Source: Squalus acanthias
Taxonomy: Eukaryota
Direction of reading: 5' to 3'
Assembly (NCBI GenBank): GCA_030390025.1
Contig: CM059432.1
Span: forward strand, 85,128,001 to 85,192,000
DNA length: 64,000 nucleotides
Shown here piece after piece: positions 36,343 to 48,657 of the stretch (its first letter is position 1; the number at the start of each line of letters is the position of its first letter). The notes below the pieces were generated by a model, which was given only the letters and a program-made list of their open reading frames with translations, did no database searches and was not told the origin of the DNA. The translations under genes were made by a program, and so were the position numbers.

Positions 36343-37596
36343 ATGGGAGCCATTTATTTCCTTCCCTCCTGGATATCCGATGAGGAGGAACAGCAGCTGC
36401 GGCACCAGCAGAACCATGAACAACAGCACCACCAACAGCAGCAGCAACAGCAGCAGCAACAGCAGGAGCGCCAAGCTGCTGCTCACCCACCTGAAGCTGC
36501 ACAGGACAGAAGGGGCCAGCGCATGGAAGGCCGTCGGCACAGGAGATACCCCCCAACCAGGGTCTACAGACAGAGGGTCAGCTACCTCAACATGTCTGAG
36601 CAGCAGTGCCAAAGGCGGCTCCGACTTTCGCGAGAGGTAGTGGGTGACATCTGCGCAATGCTGCAACAAGACCTGGAGCCCAGAGGACCAGGTGGACGCC
36701 CCTTACCAGTGGCCGTCAAAGTCACCACCGCACTCAACTTTTTTGCCTCAGGCTCATTCCAGGGATCAGCAGCAGACATCAGCGGCATCTCCCAGGCGGC
36801 CGCACACACCTGCATCACGCAGGTAACCGATGCCCTCTTTGCCATCGCGCACAATCACATCCATTTCACCAAGGATCGAGCAAGTGTCACGGCGCGTGCG
36901 GTTGGATTAGCTAATCTGGCAGGCTTTCCAAGGGTGCAGGGTGTTGTTGACTGCACACATGTGGCCCTTAAGGCACCCCATCGCAATCCAGGTATTTTTG
37001 TCAACCGCAAGGGCTTCCACTCCCTCAACGTTCAGCTGGTGTGTGACCACAACAAGGAAGTTCTGCATGTTTGTGCCAAGTACCCTGGCAGTTGCCATGA
37101 CTCCTTCATACTGCGCCAGTCTAGTGTGCCTCCGCTATTCAGTCCGCCAGACCAACTTCACGGATGGCTACTTGGAGACAAGGGCTATCCCCTGAGGACG
37201 TGGCTAATGACGCCGTTGAGGAGCCCATCCAACGCAGCTGAGGAGAGCTACAACTCCAGCCACATTTCCACCAGATCCATAACTGAGCAAACCATCGGTA
37301 TGCTGAAGATGCGCTTCAGATGCCTGGATAGATCAGGTGGAGCCCTGCAATACTCAGCAGCCAGGGTCTCCAGAATCGTCGTGGTTTGCTGTGCACTTCA
37401 CAACATGGCACAGCGTCGTGGCTTACAGATGCCGGAGGACCAAGTGGCTCCTCACATAGCCTCCTCAGATGAGGAGGAGGAGGAGGAGAGAGAGAACAAA
37501 CAAGTTGCAGAGGTCCCTCAACCAGCGGCAGCATTAGGCGAGACCATAGCTGCCCGGAATGCAAGGAACGCACTCATCTTGGCCAGATTTGCTTAG
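36343..37596 (+). CDS. Harbinger HARBI1-like DDE transposase, 417 aa, intact, with N-terminal polyQ
   Basis: [39 protein letters not shown] at 36343. Confidence 0.93.
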   Translation: MGAIYFLPSWISDEEEQQLRHQQNHEQQHHQQQQQQQQQQQERQAAAHPPEAAQDRRGQRMEGRRHRRYPPTRVYRQRVSYLNMSEQQCQRRLRLSREVVGDICAMLQQDLEPRGPGGRPLPVAVKVTTALNFFASGSFQGSAADISGISQAAAHTCITQVTDALFAIAHNHIHFTKDRASVTARAVGLANLAGFPRVQGVVDCTHVALKAPHRNPGIFVNRKGFHSLNVQLVCDHNKEVLHVCAKYPGSCHDSFILRQSSVPPLFSPPDQLHGWLLGDKGYPLRTWLMTPLRSPSNAAEESYNSSHISTRSITEQTIGMLKMRFRCLDRSGGALQYSAARVSRIVVVCCALHNMAQRRGLQMPEDQVAPHIASSDEEEEEERENKQVAEVPQPAAALGETIAARNARNALILARFA

Positions 37597-37853
37597 CCTA
37601 GACAAGAAAGCACTTTTGCCTCGCAGCTTCTTACCAGAGCTACAACAATGGCCCAGACCCAGCGGATCCCTAACAATGTGACCACCATACTGACAATTGC
37701 AAGTTATCCTAAGGCCTCATTGTGGAAGTCCCATTAGCGAAATGACAGATGCCACAACTGCAGCTGTAGCCATCAGAGTTTTTATTTACACTTTAGACCT
37801 GATGGCTTCTTAACAATACACATCAAAATTCACCCAAGCGACTACCCTTGTGA

Positions 37854-39777
37854 TTATTTGTGCAGTTTCTTTCTCTTATGCGTGCTCCTACGTGGTGCTT
37901 CCCCTGTGGCTTCAGCAGAAGTGGAGGCCCCCTGCTCACTTTGTTGCTGCTCCTGTCTCGACTCCTTTGGCGGGCATCCTCTGGGGTTGCGAACCTGAGA
38001 GGGCTCGGCAACAATGTGCTGCTCCTGCGGCTGGGCAGGGGTTGAGACGCTGATCTCACTTGGGTGCGGACTCTGGTGGGGCTCTGAGCGAGGACCAGTC
38101 AGTGGCATGGAAGTGTGAGCGCTTGGAGAGGAGCCCCAACCTCCTTGTTGTGTGCCACCAACATCCCTATCATGGGTCAGGTCCACCTCAGCGCTTGCAA
38201 GTGGCTTGAGAGCACCTTACTGCACATCAGGGGGACCATGGGGACCCGTATCTGCACTGGAAGTCCTACTCAGAAGGACTTCCATGAAGGTTTGGTTTCT
38301 TTGTTCAATAGATGACCATCGCTCCTCCAGAGATGTCATTCTATTCAGAACAATGACCATGTTTTCTGCACTCTGGCGACTTATCACCTCCATGGAGGTT
38401 GCCATCCTTTCCATGGTGATGCGTTCATGCGCCAATGACTCCACAAAGGCTCTGCTCATGTTCGCTATGGACTCCTCCATTCGCTCCACACTCGCAGCGA
38501 CCCTGGAGATAAAACCTGTCAGAGACTCCTGCATCTGTTCCTGGTGTCCCAGCACTGATGATCTTATGGATGGCCCCAGAGGCAGAGGGTCGACATGCAG
38601 CTGAGCCGAGCTAGGAGAGTCCTGCGCCCTCCGACTAGGACTCTCCACTGCTGTCCCTGTCTCCACCATCTGCTGATGCTCACTTGTGAGCTGTGATACA
38701 CCAGGTGACAACACTACTCTATGTCCCGAGGGTCCCACCGAGGTGTGTGTGTCTGCGCTGGTGCTGGGTGCGCTTAGTTCTGCTGACGCTGCGCCCTCAG
38801 AGGTTGCAGCTTCCTCTGAGGAGTCTGTCTGCTCAGGCTGGTCCTCCTGGCTAGTGGGAACGGGTGCTTGCGATGGTCCTGTGGGGGAGTAAAGGAAAGA
38901 GTCAGAGATGTGATGCCAAGGTTACATGCATATTGCATATTGCAGATGATCATAAATCCATCTGTTAGAGCTTCAGATTCATTATCAGCGACTCATGCAA
39001 TGTCAATGAGAGAGATGGAACACTATTCAGTCACCAGCTTGCTCTGCTGCACCCGTCTGTCTGTCCCCCACTTGCGTTTCCTCCTGGATGCCCACGATCT
39101 CCAGGACCGCCTCCTCCCAGGGGGTGAGCTGGGCTAATGAGGGTGGGCCTCCTCCTGTCCTGGTTCTTTCCCTTTTATTGTGAGCTCTCTTTTTCTGCAA
39201 TGAGGGAGACAAGTGGAGTTTGAGTGAGATTGAAGGAGTGAGTGTAGAGAGTCCATAGCATAGATGCTTAGAAGGAGACAAAGATGGAGTGAGGTGGCAA
39301 GACCAAGGGCCCTCCCTGTGTGTTGTAAGTTGTTTTCATAGCATGGCAGTGATAGGGAGTGTGAGGGCTGCATAGTGGAATAGTAAGGTGAATGTGACCA
39401 TAGAGGGAGAGGGAATGGGTAAGGGTGCATGGATGTCAGTGTCAAGTGGAATATGGAGGAAGAGGTTGCTAAAGCTGAGTGCTGGTGAGGAGAGGCAATG
39501 GGGATCAAATTGAGGGTGAAGGGAAAGTCATACTCACTTTAGCAGTACGTAGAAGGTCATGAAACCTCTTCCTGCACTGGATCCAGGTCCTGCTTGTCAG
39601 AGATAAAGAGGTGACCTCCTGGGCGATCTGGACCCACACAGCCTTTGTCTGCTGGGGAGGCTTCTTCCTCCCTGAGGAGGGGAAGAGCACCTCCTTGTTG
39701 GCTCTTGCTCCATCTACCAAAGCCTGAAGGGAAACATCATGGAACCTGGGAGCAGCCCTGGGCCATTGGCTGGCCAT
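37854..39777 (-). pseudogene. Harbinger Myb/SANT gene, exons 39777-39538, 39194-39035, 38878-37854, with one in-frame TAA at 38219-38217
   Basis: APRFHDVSLQALV..W..RTWIQCRKRFHDL; GT-AG introns of phase 0 and 1 keep the frame; ORF 37854-38186 is in frame beyond the stop. Confidence 0.8.
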
Positions 39778-40057
39778 TCCTGCTGCAGGTGCTGAAATTA
39801 CAGGTCCAAAAGCTTGGCAGCCTGCAGAGGAAGCAAGGCTTGCTGCATACCTTAAATGCATTAGCAATGATGACGTCATCGGAGGCGACTTTCAGACTGG
39901 AATAACTCATTGGCCATGGGTTTCCACATGTGGGAACTCAATTGGCCAATTAAGTTAAAATCACATCATTAATCCACATTAATCTGGAGTCAGGGGGGCA
40001 ACACAAAATGTGGGTAACACGACCCCAACCCGACCCCAAGACAAAATCCAGCCCAAT

Positions 40058-41110
40058 GGGTGCAAAATTGGGCTTGATAACGCCCATTTTTTGGGCGCTA
40101 CATGGTCCCTTAAGATTCCAAAATAGTGTCTGACACGAAGTGCGCACGACGCCATATTGGTAAAGGGGTGAGCGCGCACACGTAACATCCGCTGGCAGCA
40201 TGCAGAGCAGGCAGATCATGACATCAATCAGGGAGCAATTCTTGTACCTGAACTTCAGCAACGACCAATGTTTGATACCATGGGGGTCAGAACATGCAGA
40301 CGTGCCTCTCCTCCTCTAGTCAGTTCCTGCTGCCTTCGGTTTTCCTGCAAGAGAGAGTGAAGTGTGTCAGTGAGTGTTTGGGTGATGTGGCTGTCATGGT
40401 TGAATTGCTGGCAGTGTGTGCAAGCTGTGAGATGTGGGTGTGAGGCTTGCAACAGTGCTAAGTGGGTGAGGGTGAGGTAAAGCTTATGAATGTTAGGGTT
40501 GTGTCCTTATTGATAGAGATTGTTGGTAGATGAGTTGTGGGGGTGTGGTGAATTGAGCAGTGGCTGAGGCTAGTGGTGCATTTGGTAGGATATGCTATTT
40601 GAAGATGCGTTCACTGTCCTAGACCATTGTGCGAGATCATTAAACTTCTTCTGGCACTGCATCCATGGCCTTGGGGCTAAAATCCTGGCATTGATCTCTG
40701 CAGCTATCTGTTCCCACTGCCTTCTCATCATATGTCTGGAAGGCCTCTTGCCCCCTGAGGATACAATACATCTTTCCTCCTTTTCACCTCCACCACCAAG
40801 AACCCCAGTGCAACGTCTGACAACCTGGGTGACTGCTCTCTCACATGGTCAGCCATTCTTCACTCTTTCCCAGGTCAGATTGACGTGTAGAACAACTCCC
40901 AGCACCTGCATCTCCCCTTTATGAGGTGCAGGCTAGCTTTAAGTAGTGCAGGCTAGCTTTAAGTTAGTAATGATATGGGGCCCCCTGCTGATGCATGCAG
41001 CGAATGAACAGTGCAGGTAGTGCTGGCTGCACGCAGAAATCATTGTAATAAGCAGGCAGCATGAAGTTGGCATGCTGCCTGCATTCCACTCAATGGGCGC
41101 GGGTAAATCA
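40058..41110. mobile_element. Internally deleted Harbinger: one terminus plus decayed Myb exons 1-2 on the minus strand (ATG about 40856)
   Basis: Starts GGGTGCAAAATTG directly after the AAT flank of the previous element; ..RRQQELTRGGEARLHVLTP. Confidence 0.65.
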
Positions 41111-41113
41111 TCT

Positions 41114-41610
41114 ACATCCTAGGGTACTTAAGAAGTGGCCCTAGAAATAGTAGATGCATTGCTGGTCATCTTTCAAAATTCTATAGACTCTGGAACAGTT
41201 CCCATGGATTGGAGGGTAGCTAATGTAACCCCACTATTTAAAAAAGGTTGTAGAGAAAAAATGGGGAATTATAGACCGGTAAGCCTGACATCGGTAGTGG
41301 GCAAAATGCTAGAGTCCATTATAAAAGATGTAATAGCAGAGCAGCACTTGGAAAACAGTGACAGGATCGGACAAAGTCAACATGGATTTACAAAAGGGAA
41401 ATCATGCCTGACTAATCTACTGGAATTTTTTGAGGATGTAACTGATAGAATAGATAAGGGAGAAACAGTGGATGTGGTGTATTTGGACTTTCAGAAGGCT
41501 TTCGATCAGGTCCCGCATAAGAGATTAGCGTGCAAAGTTAAAGCACATGGGATTGGAGGTGAGGTACTGATTTGGATGGAGAACTGGTTGGCAGACAGGA
41601 AGCAAAGAGT
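41114..41610 (+). mobile_element. CR1 RT fragment
   Basis: NYRPVSLTS, QHGF, DFQKAFD. Confidence 0.88.
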
Positions 41611-43142
41611 CTTTAAGTCCAAGCTCATTAGCGTTACAGTCAAAAGGTGGACCAATATCAGATGCACTCTAATCGCAAGTCATGATTGCCACAGGCTTTT
41701 GCCAGTTCTTAAAGGGGAGGTTCATTGATGCTGCAGAACCTCATTCTCAGAATTGCTGGCTGTGCAGCTGCCTCAGCAAGCAGCAGCAGGTCAAGGAGAA
41801 GGAGCCAGAGGACTGAAGCAGCTGTACTAATGGCAGATCCATGCCCCAGGGAGAGAGCCCACAGATTCAGCATTCAAATGTTGGAGGCGTTGGTGTTCGC
41901 TGTGGAGAGACGGAGGGTGGTGCTCTACCCGGCAAGTGGCAGGATGCCCTCGCCGCAAGTCTTCAGCGCCATATGGAGGGAGGTAGCGTAACACATCTCG
42001 GGCAGCACTGTTGTCCCCAGGACCCACACACAGTGCAGGAAGACATTTAATGACCTCACTCAGGTGGTCAGGGTGAGTGAAGGCTTCAACAAATGCTACA
42101 TACCACCATCTGAACCACAGTCTTCACACACTACCCAAAGCACCACACCCCCAGCACTCACCCACCAACAATCTCTACCTACCAACACTCACACCCACAT
42201 CTCACACCTTGCACACAATGACAGCTATTCAACTATAGCAGGCACATCACCCAAACACATTGCTTCACACTTACTCACACACTTTCCTTTATCTTGCAGG
42301 CCAAGGTGGCTCACAACAGGAGGGAGCAGGTGCGCACAGACGGGGGACAAGCCGACACCCAACCACTGTCTGAGCTGGAGACTCGAGTGCTGCACATTAT
42401 TGGGCACCAGGTGGTGGGCGCCGTGGCCACCAGTGACATTGACCCCCTTGGGGACAACAACGGTTCGTTCATCCTTACTCCTTCTTCTCACATGCCACTT
42501 CCCCCTCACCCCACAAGCGTTTTGCACTTTCCAGCTAATCATGCTGTATGCATGCAATTCTCCCTTCCTGCCCCCCTCCCCTCACCTTAACCCGACTCTT
42601 GTGCCTTTATGCTTTCAGATAATCACCAAGCACCTGAGTAGCCTGACCCTGAGGGCACCGTAGAGAGCGAGGCAGGAGAAGAGAAGGAGGAAGAACACAC
42701 CTCATCACTGCATGTCTCACCCACAGGCACCAGCTCAGATATTGGCACTACACATTCTTTAGGGGCTAGTATAGTAGCGGGATCTACACAGAGTGAGGCA
42801 CCGGGGACAAGTGGGCTGCAGCAAGGCCAGGGGGAAAGGGTAGCTTGGGGGCCAGCTCCACGGAGGGCGAATTCACGTGTGAGTTCTGCTGCACAGCAAT
42901 TAGATGAGGACCTCGATGGGGTGACCCTTAGAAGGAGAGTGATGGGCATGCACAGGGAGATGATAGGCGCAATGGCAAGGGTGCCTGAGAGCCTCTCGGC
43001 TATGATAAGGAGTGTGGAGGTGTCCACCTCCAACATTGCACAAGGCTCTGTGCACACCATGGAGCCCATCATTTCCAGTCTGGAAAGGATGGTAAACTCC
43101 CAGAGAGACCGTGGCGACCCAGACCAGATGCCGCGTGTGATT

Positions 43143-45639
43143 TGTAGAATTTGCAAATAATCGCGATTTAAAAATAATGAGTAAGAGACATAGGGGGAAA
43201 AATTCAGTTGGTTGCGCCTCCCGTTAGCGCCTTAAGAGGGCGCTAATGGGGCGCAAAGCATCTAGCGCCCAGGCGCGGCGAAGTTTGCGCCGCTCGCGAA
43301 ATTAACTAGACATTTTGCGGTGGCGCTAAACACTACTACCACGATCTCCTGCGCCGGCAGATCATGACGTCAGTCGAGTGTGCAACGCCCCGGTATCGCC
43401 CCGGAGCGGATATTGAGTGGCGCCCCCTGCCTTACCGCCTGACGCTAGCAACGACAGGTTGAGGGGAGCGTTCTCCAGTCATGAAGGGAAAGGGGGAGCG
43501 CTATTTAAAGGTGACCGCTTCCTGCCTTTTATTGTTGGTGCCATTTTTGAACTACGCATTCTGAGAGAGAGAGGGAGAGACTTCTGGAGAGGAGAGATTC
43601 AACGTTGTGTGAAGGAATTTTGGGTACTGAGCAGCACTTTGCAGGTTCATTTTGATTTGCCATTCCTTGTATCGATTTAGCAGAGACTGTGGGGGCTGCA
43701 CTCTGAGCTCTTTGCCTGGTACTCTCCATTGTTCTTTCCAGCACATTTGATGTGCAAGTCTCTCCAGGCCGAGATTCAAGGCTGCAATGAACAGAATGTG
43801 GATGGAAAGCAAGATTAACCATCCCCTTTAAGAACTGGCCCGTGCCATTGTGTGTGTGTTCCATTGCTGACTGACATTACATGAGCTTCGCCAGCGCTCT
43901 GAGTTAGCGCCTCACTCCTCGGCCTTTGCGCCTTAAGACAGGTGTGCAGCGCCTGATTTAGCGCTCCAATCACCTCCCGGGGCATTAAAAGTGAAGTTTC
44001 CAGTCAGTGGCGATAATTAGCGCCAGGCACTAATTTTTGCGCCCGGACGATATTTGCGCCCCAAATGGGGCGCGACTGAATTTTTCCCCCATACAGTTTC
44101 GTAAACACAGCTTTATTTCAGCAAAATGCTGTCAGGTTTCAAAACGGACACAAGCAGCCTGTAAAATGGCCACCACGCCTCGTGGCAGAAGGTTCTAGAC
44201 TTTCAGCAGGCAGACAAGATGGCGTTTCAATAAACATTTCAGCAAGATCGGACAGGACTCAGCATATTGAGATAAGACAAGACGAGATCGTTTTGCATTT
44301 TAACACCCAAGCAAGGAATATAAGTGCTGGAATCGGGTTTTTCCATGCACAAATGAGAGCTATTGTACTGGGCAATCAAGGGGCCCATCCAAAAGACATT
44401 GATACGCGAATTCCCCACGGCTCTACGATGAGAGAGCCGTTCGCGGGTACTCACAGCAAGAATTCGGAGGCCCCCAAAACCCCTCCAGGGAGACTCTTAG
44501 CCAGTTCCACAAGGGGAGAAATATTAACGGGTACTCAGACAGTTACAAGTATCACCGAAACCCATTAACGATAAGTACCACCCCATACAAGAAGTTTGAG
44601 CGCCAAAACATGACAAAAGATGAACATTAAGATTGGGCGGGAGATAAGGAATTACAGTACTATAACTGTAGTGTCCAAACGTCCATCTTTCTCTTATTTC
44701 CTTTGACTCGCTAGAGAACTCTTGACTCTTATTCTCTGATCCGCTGATTTTTCCGGGAGTCAACCTCGTGGCTTACCGCGAAGATCTGTGGAGAGCTGGT
44801 CTGCGAAGGCCGGTAAGCGGGTGCACCATCCCGAGAAGTCGGTAAACGGTGTTGGAACCGAAGGCCCGAGAGGAGATGAGATGAGATGAGATGAGAAGAG
44901 AAGAAGACGACTACACATGCCGCCGCGGTCAGTAAACCCCGACCGCGCCCGAAAATCGATTAACCACTTCTTCGAATTCTATCGGATACTCCACAACTGG
45001 CCCAGGAAGACTTTTCTTCGAGTTCTACCGACAACTGGTGTCGGGCAGAGTAAGACTCTTCTTTGAACTGTATCTGGAGTCCGAGGTCAACACAGATCTT
45101 CATGACAGCAGACGGTCCAGCCTGCTAGCCGGAGCAAAGCGAGTAAACAAGTGGGGTACAGAGACCCCTGATTAACACGTGGATAGTCAGGTGCTGTGGT
45201 GAAAACATCCGAGCAGAGTTTCGGAATTCTCCGAGTTATCACGAGTGGTGAGCATGAGTCTCGATCCTACAGATCTAGATTAGGACAGTGTGTGTCCCCT
45301 TTTACGATGTGTCGTGCGCTCCTCGTTTCCCTAAACCTAGTTGCATAAATGTATGTAAGTTTGTACTGTCATTAATCTGTGCTTATGACATGTATTTCGT
45401 AATCTTGAATAATATGCAATAAAGATTTTCCATTTCGCACTATTCAACCGGGTCTACCTGAGTTTTCTCTGCATTATTGCTCTCGCACCTAAGTCCAGTG
45501 TCAGAACCGTAAGGGCGAGTGGGTCGAACCACTCACAGGCATCTAGTGTCACCAAGCTGGCTGGAGACCAGAACAGGCAACAAGGCCTAACCCCGCACTA
45601 GCACCCAGGCTAAGCACAGAGCCACGCGAACCCCTTACA
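43143..45639 (+). mobile_element. Long solo LTR (about 1.6 kb without the nested MITE)
   Basis: TGTA...TACA termini, flanks GATT/GATG, AATAAA at 45418, interrupts the Myb exon in register. Confidence 0.75.
43193..44090 (+). mobile_element. Non-autonomous Harbinger (MITE), copy 2
   Basis: Perfect 16-bp TIR GGGGGAAAAATTCAGT; ATA TSD at 43190-43192 and 44091-44093. Confidence 0.93.
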
Positions 45640-46344
45640 GATGGGCGATCTGGCAGCTTCCATTGCAGCACAGGTGGAAGTGACGCAACGTCTTAGTGCT
45701 GTAATGCAGTCTCAGCTTGGTGCCACGAAAGCTCTGACTACTGCCATCATGGCTGGGTCTACCACCATTGACCGGGGCTTCCACAGTATCACAGCAGGCC
45801 AGCAATCTGTACTCCAACAGATGGCTAGGGATGCTGAGGTGCTGCCCCGGGGGAGTGGCAGTGGGTCAGTGGTACAGGAACCTGCTGTCCTTTCTCAGGA
45901 TGACAGCATTCCTGCTCCCACCACTGGCACTCCGCCATTGCCCTTGTCGCTGCCTGTCATCCAGCCAGCCCAGACTGCTGCCTCCCATGCTGAGGTGGTG
46001 CAGTCTACAGCCGGGCCTTCCAGGTCCAGAGGTGGTCGAGGGCATCCTGCAAGGCCATCTGAAGTCTCCCGCACGGACACTCAGCAGCCTTCCACCAGCC
46101 CTACTGCAGCCACTGGGCCAACACTTCGTAGGACCACTAGAGTAGGCAAAGGCACAGTAATGACAGGCACTAAGGGATTGCACAAGGGTGAACAGTTAAT
46201 ATTTTTGTTGTAAACATGTGTTCACTGATTTTTGATAAATTTATTAATTCAGTTTGGATTCTTTTGTGGTATCTCTTATTTCAGCTTTGCGCTGTGATAT
46301 GGCCTGTGACAGGGATGGAATGATGGGGATGTGATGAGCAACGG

Positions 46345-47476
46345 GAATCTGAGGTTTAATTCATTCGAACAGCAGTCTGATGAGACGGTCATGGACCGCC
46401 CTTCCGGGAGGCTGATTGAATCGCTGCCTCCTCCCTCGCTCCTGTTCCTCCTTCTCATCGTCCTCCTCATCTTCCCTTCCGCCTCGTCCTCCTCTCCCTC
46501 TTCCTCCTCCTGAGGTGGTCCCGCAATCCCTGGTGGCAAGGGCTGGGCCCTCATGATGGCCAAGTTATGGAGCATGCAGCAGACCACCATCAGATGGGAC
46601 ACCCGCTCAGCCGAGTACTGAAGGGCTCCTCCTGAGCGCTCAAGGCAGCGGAACCGTTGCTTGAGTACCCCGATGGTCTGCTCGAGGATGTAGGGGAGTC
46701 ATTAGCCAGGTGGAGAGCGGATAACCCTCGTCTTCAAGCAGCCATCCACGATCTTGATGTGGTGGCTGGAAGAGTGCTGGCACACGGGTCTGGCGCAGGT
46801 TGAAGGCATCGTGGCTGCTGCCAGGATAGCGGGCATTGACATTGAGGATTAGCTGTCTGTGGTCACACAGCAACTGCACATTAAGTGAATGGTAGCCTTT
46901 GTGGTTGTGGAACATCTCAGAATTGTTATGTGGTGCCCACAAAGCCACATAGGTGCAATCAATGGTGCCATGCACCATGGGGAATCCCGTTATGCTGGCA
47001 AAGCTACATGCATGCTCGTCCTGCTTCTCTCTGGTGGTGGGGCAGGGAATGTAGTCCCTTCTCCTACTGTAGAGCGCCTCTGTGACCTCCCAGATGCAGC
47101 GATGGATGGCGAACTGCAAGATGTTAGCTATGTTTCCTGTTGCAGACTGGAATGATCCGCTGGCGAAGAAATTAAGGGCGACGGTGACCTTTACTGCCAC
47201 TGAGAGAGCTGTGCTCACCCTGATCTGAGGCTGGAGGTCTGGCTGCAGGAGGTGGCAGAGTTGTGTGACCACCTGCTTGGTGAAGCAGTGCCCTCTCATA
47301 CACTGCTCCTCGCTTAATTGGAGGTAGGAGAAGTGTTCTTGGAATACCCTCGTTGGGTAAGGCCTATGTTGAGAGCCCTGATGGCTCTCCTCCTCCCATT
47401 CTGGTCTTTCTCGCTGCCTCAGCTCCCTCCGCCGTAGATCCTGGAGGGCGAGGTCGACTGCCAGTACAGCCCCCAT
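46345..47476 (-). pseudogene. Harbinger transposase with a deletion/frameshift after WLMTPL
   Basis: TIDCTYV, SSHDAF, LLEDEGYP; C-terminus VVCCMLHNLA is in another frame. Confidence 0.88.
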
Positions 47477-48319
47477 TAATGTAACCAAGTGTGGCAGTTT
47501 GATTTTTTTCAGAATAAATGTAGCTACTTTTTAGTTGCCACAACATTCCTGATACTAAATAACTTTGAAATTACTGAATGAGACTGTTGCAGTATGTGAA
47601 ACTGACAAGAAAGCATTGAAACTCCCTGGAGCCAGCTTCCTGCTGCTTCACGCCAGCTCTCCCCGTCGCTGTTTACTCCAGGCGCTAAGGTAGGTGGCGA
47701 CAATCAATTTCGCAGATCGGGTGGCCAGTGAGCGTTGCACACTCACTGGCATCACGATCCACCTGGCATTGAGGCTCCCGCCGATAAATGTTAGCGGCGG
47801 CGCTGCAGGGGAGGGGGCGGGATTTGGCCTGCGGCGTTGGATTCGTCTCGCCTCCACGATAATGCTGTAGCGCCCCATCAGCGCCATTTGCTGGCGCTAA
47901 TGGGAGGCGCTAAGATACCAAATTTTTCTCCCAAAGTCTTTACTCCTAAGTTTAGATCTCAGATTCAGATATTTTCGATACCATATAGTTTTTCTCATAT
48001 ATCACACATGACTTTTATACTCATTTTTCCTCTCTATAAATTATATAAGGGCCTACAAATTTGTCTCGGGCAGTGCCGCAAAACGGGCGGTATCGGATCG
48101 GCCGCCCGCTGTACGCAGCGCCTGATATTCTGTTCCATTGCAGTCAAAAACATGACACAACAGTATTGCAAATTAACTATTGTCTATTAAAGCCCAAATT
48201 ATAACATACCACATGCTGGAACTATAATTTAAACCTAACCTGCCTGGCAGAAAACTTATGAAATCGCATCAACTGCATGTTGCTCAGGAAACTCGTTGTG
48301 TCATCGAACCATACATTTC

Positions 48320-48432
48320 CTACATTGCAACAGTGACTGCACTTCAAAACTACTTTATTGGCTGTAAAACGCTTTGGAACATCCTGAGGTTGTGAAAGTT
48401 GCTATATAAATGCAAGTCATTCTTTCTTTTCT
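48320..48432 (+). mobile_element. DeuSINE 3' tail fragment
   Basis: Reverse-complement match to 20218-20330. Confidence 0.6.
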
Positions 48433-48657
48433 TCATATACGTTTACAGCACAGAAGGAAGCCATTCAACCTATTGCCTCTGTGCTGGTTCTTTGATAGAG
48501 CAATCCAAAATGAATCCCACTGTTCTGCTCTCTCCCCGTAACCTGTATCATCCACTGATTCAAGCATATATTTAAGTTTCCCTGAAAAGATACATTAGGC
48601 TCTGCCACAAACATTTCCTGTGGAAAAGCATTCCATACTCCTCAGTATGAATAAAAT

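Larger units (their letters stand above)
35814..40054 (+). mobile_element. Full-length Harbinger transposon (4241 bp)
   Basis: Perfect 13-bp TIR GGGCTGGATTTTG / CAAAATCCAGCCC; flanks TAT/AAT; transposase (+) and Myb gene (-) convergent. Confidence 0.92.
41830..46213 (+). pseudogene. Harbinger Myb/SANT gene: exons 41830-42072, 42300-42462, 42619-46213; stop in exon 1; exon 3 split by LTR
   Basis: RERAHRFSIQMLEALV; TAA at 41989; PRV|MGDLAASIAAQ rejoins across 43143-45639. Confidence 0.82.
41611..47932. mobile_element. Harbinger transposon, left end lost, carrying a nested LTR and MITE
   Basis: Myb gene (+), transposase (-), right terminus AAATTTTTCTCCC. Confidence 0.8.

Noticed and set aside
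36343..37596. Host HARBI1 gene (also 60479-61639) and NAIF1/MSANTD genes
   Set aside because: They lie within TIR-bounded, multi-copy elements with decayed relatives nearby, so they are transposon genes; no symbol assigned
44182..44568. 128-aa ORF inside the long LTR
   Set aside because: GTG start, no recognisable domain; an accessory-gene role cannot be supported
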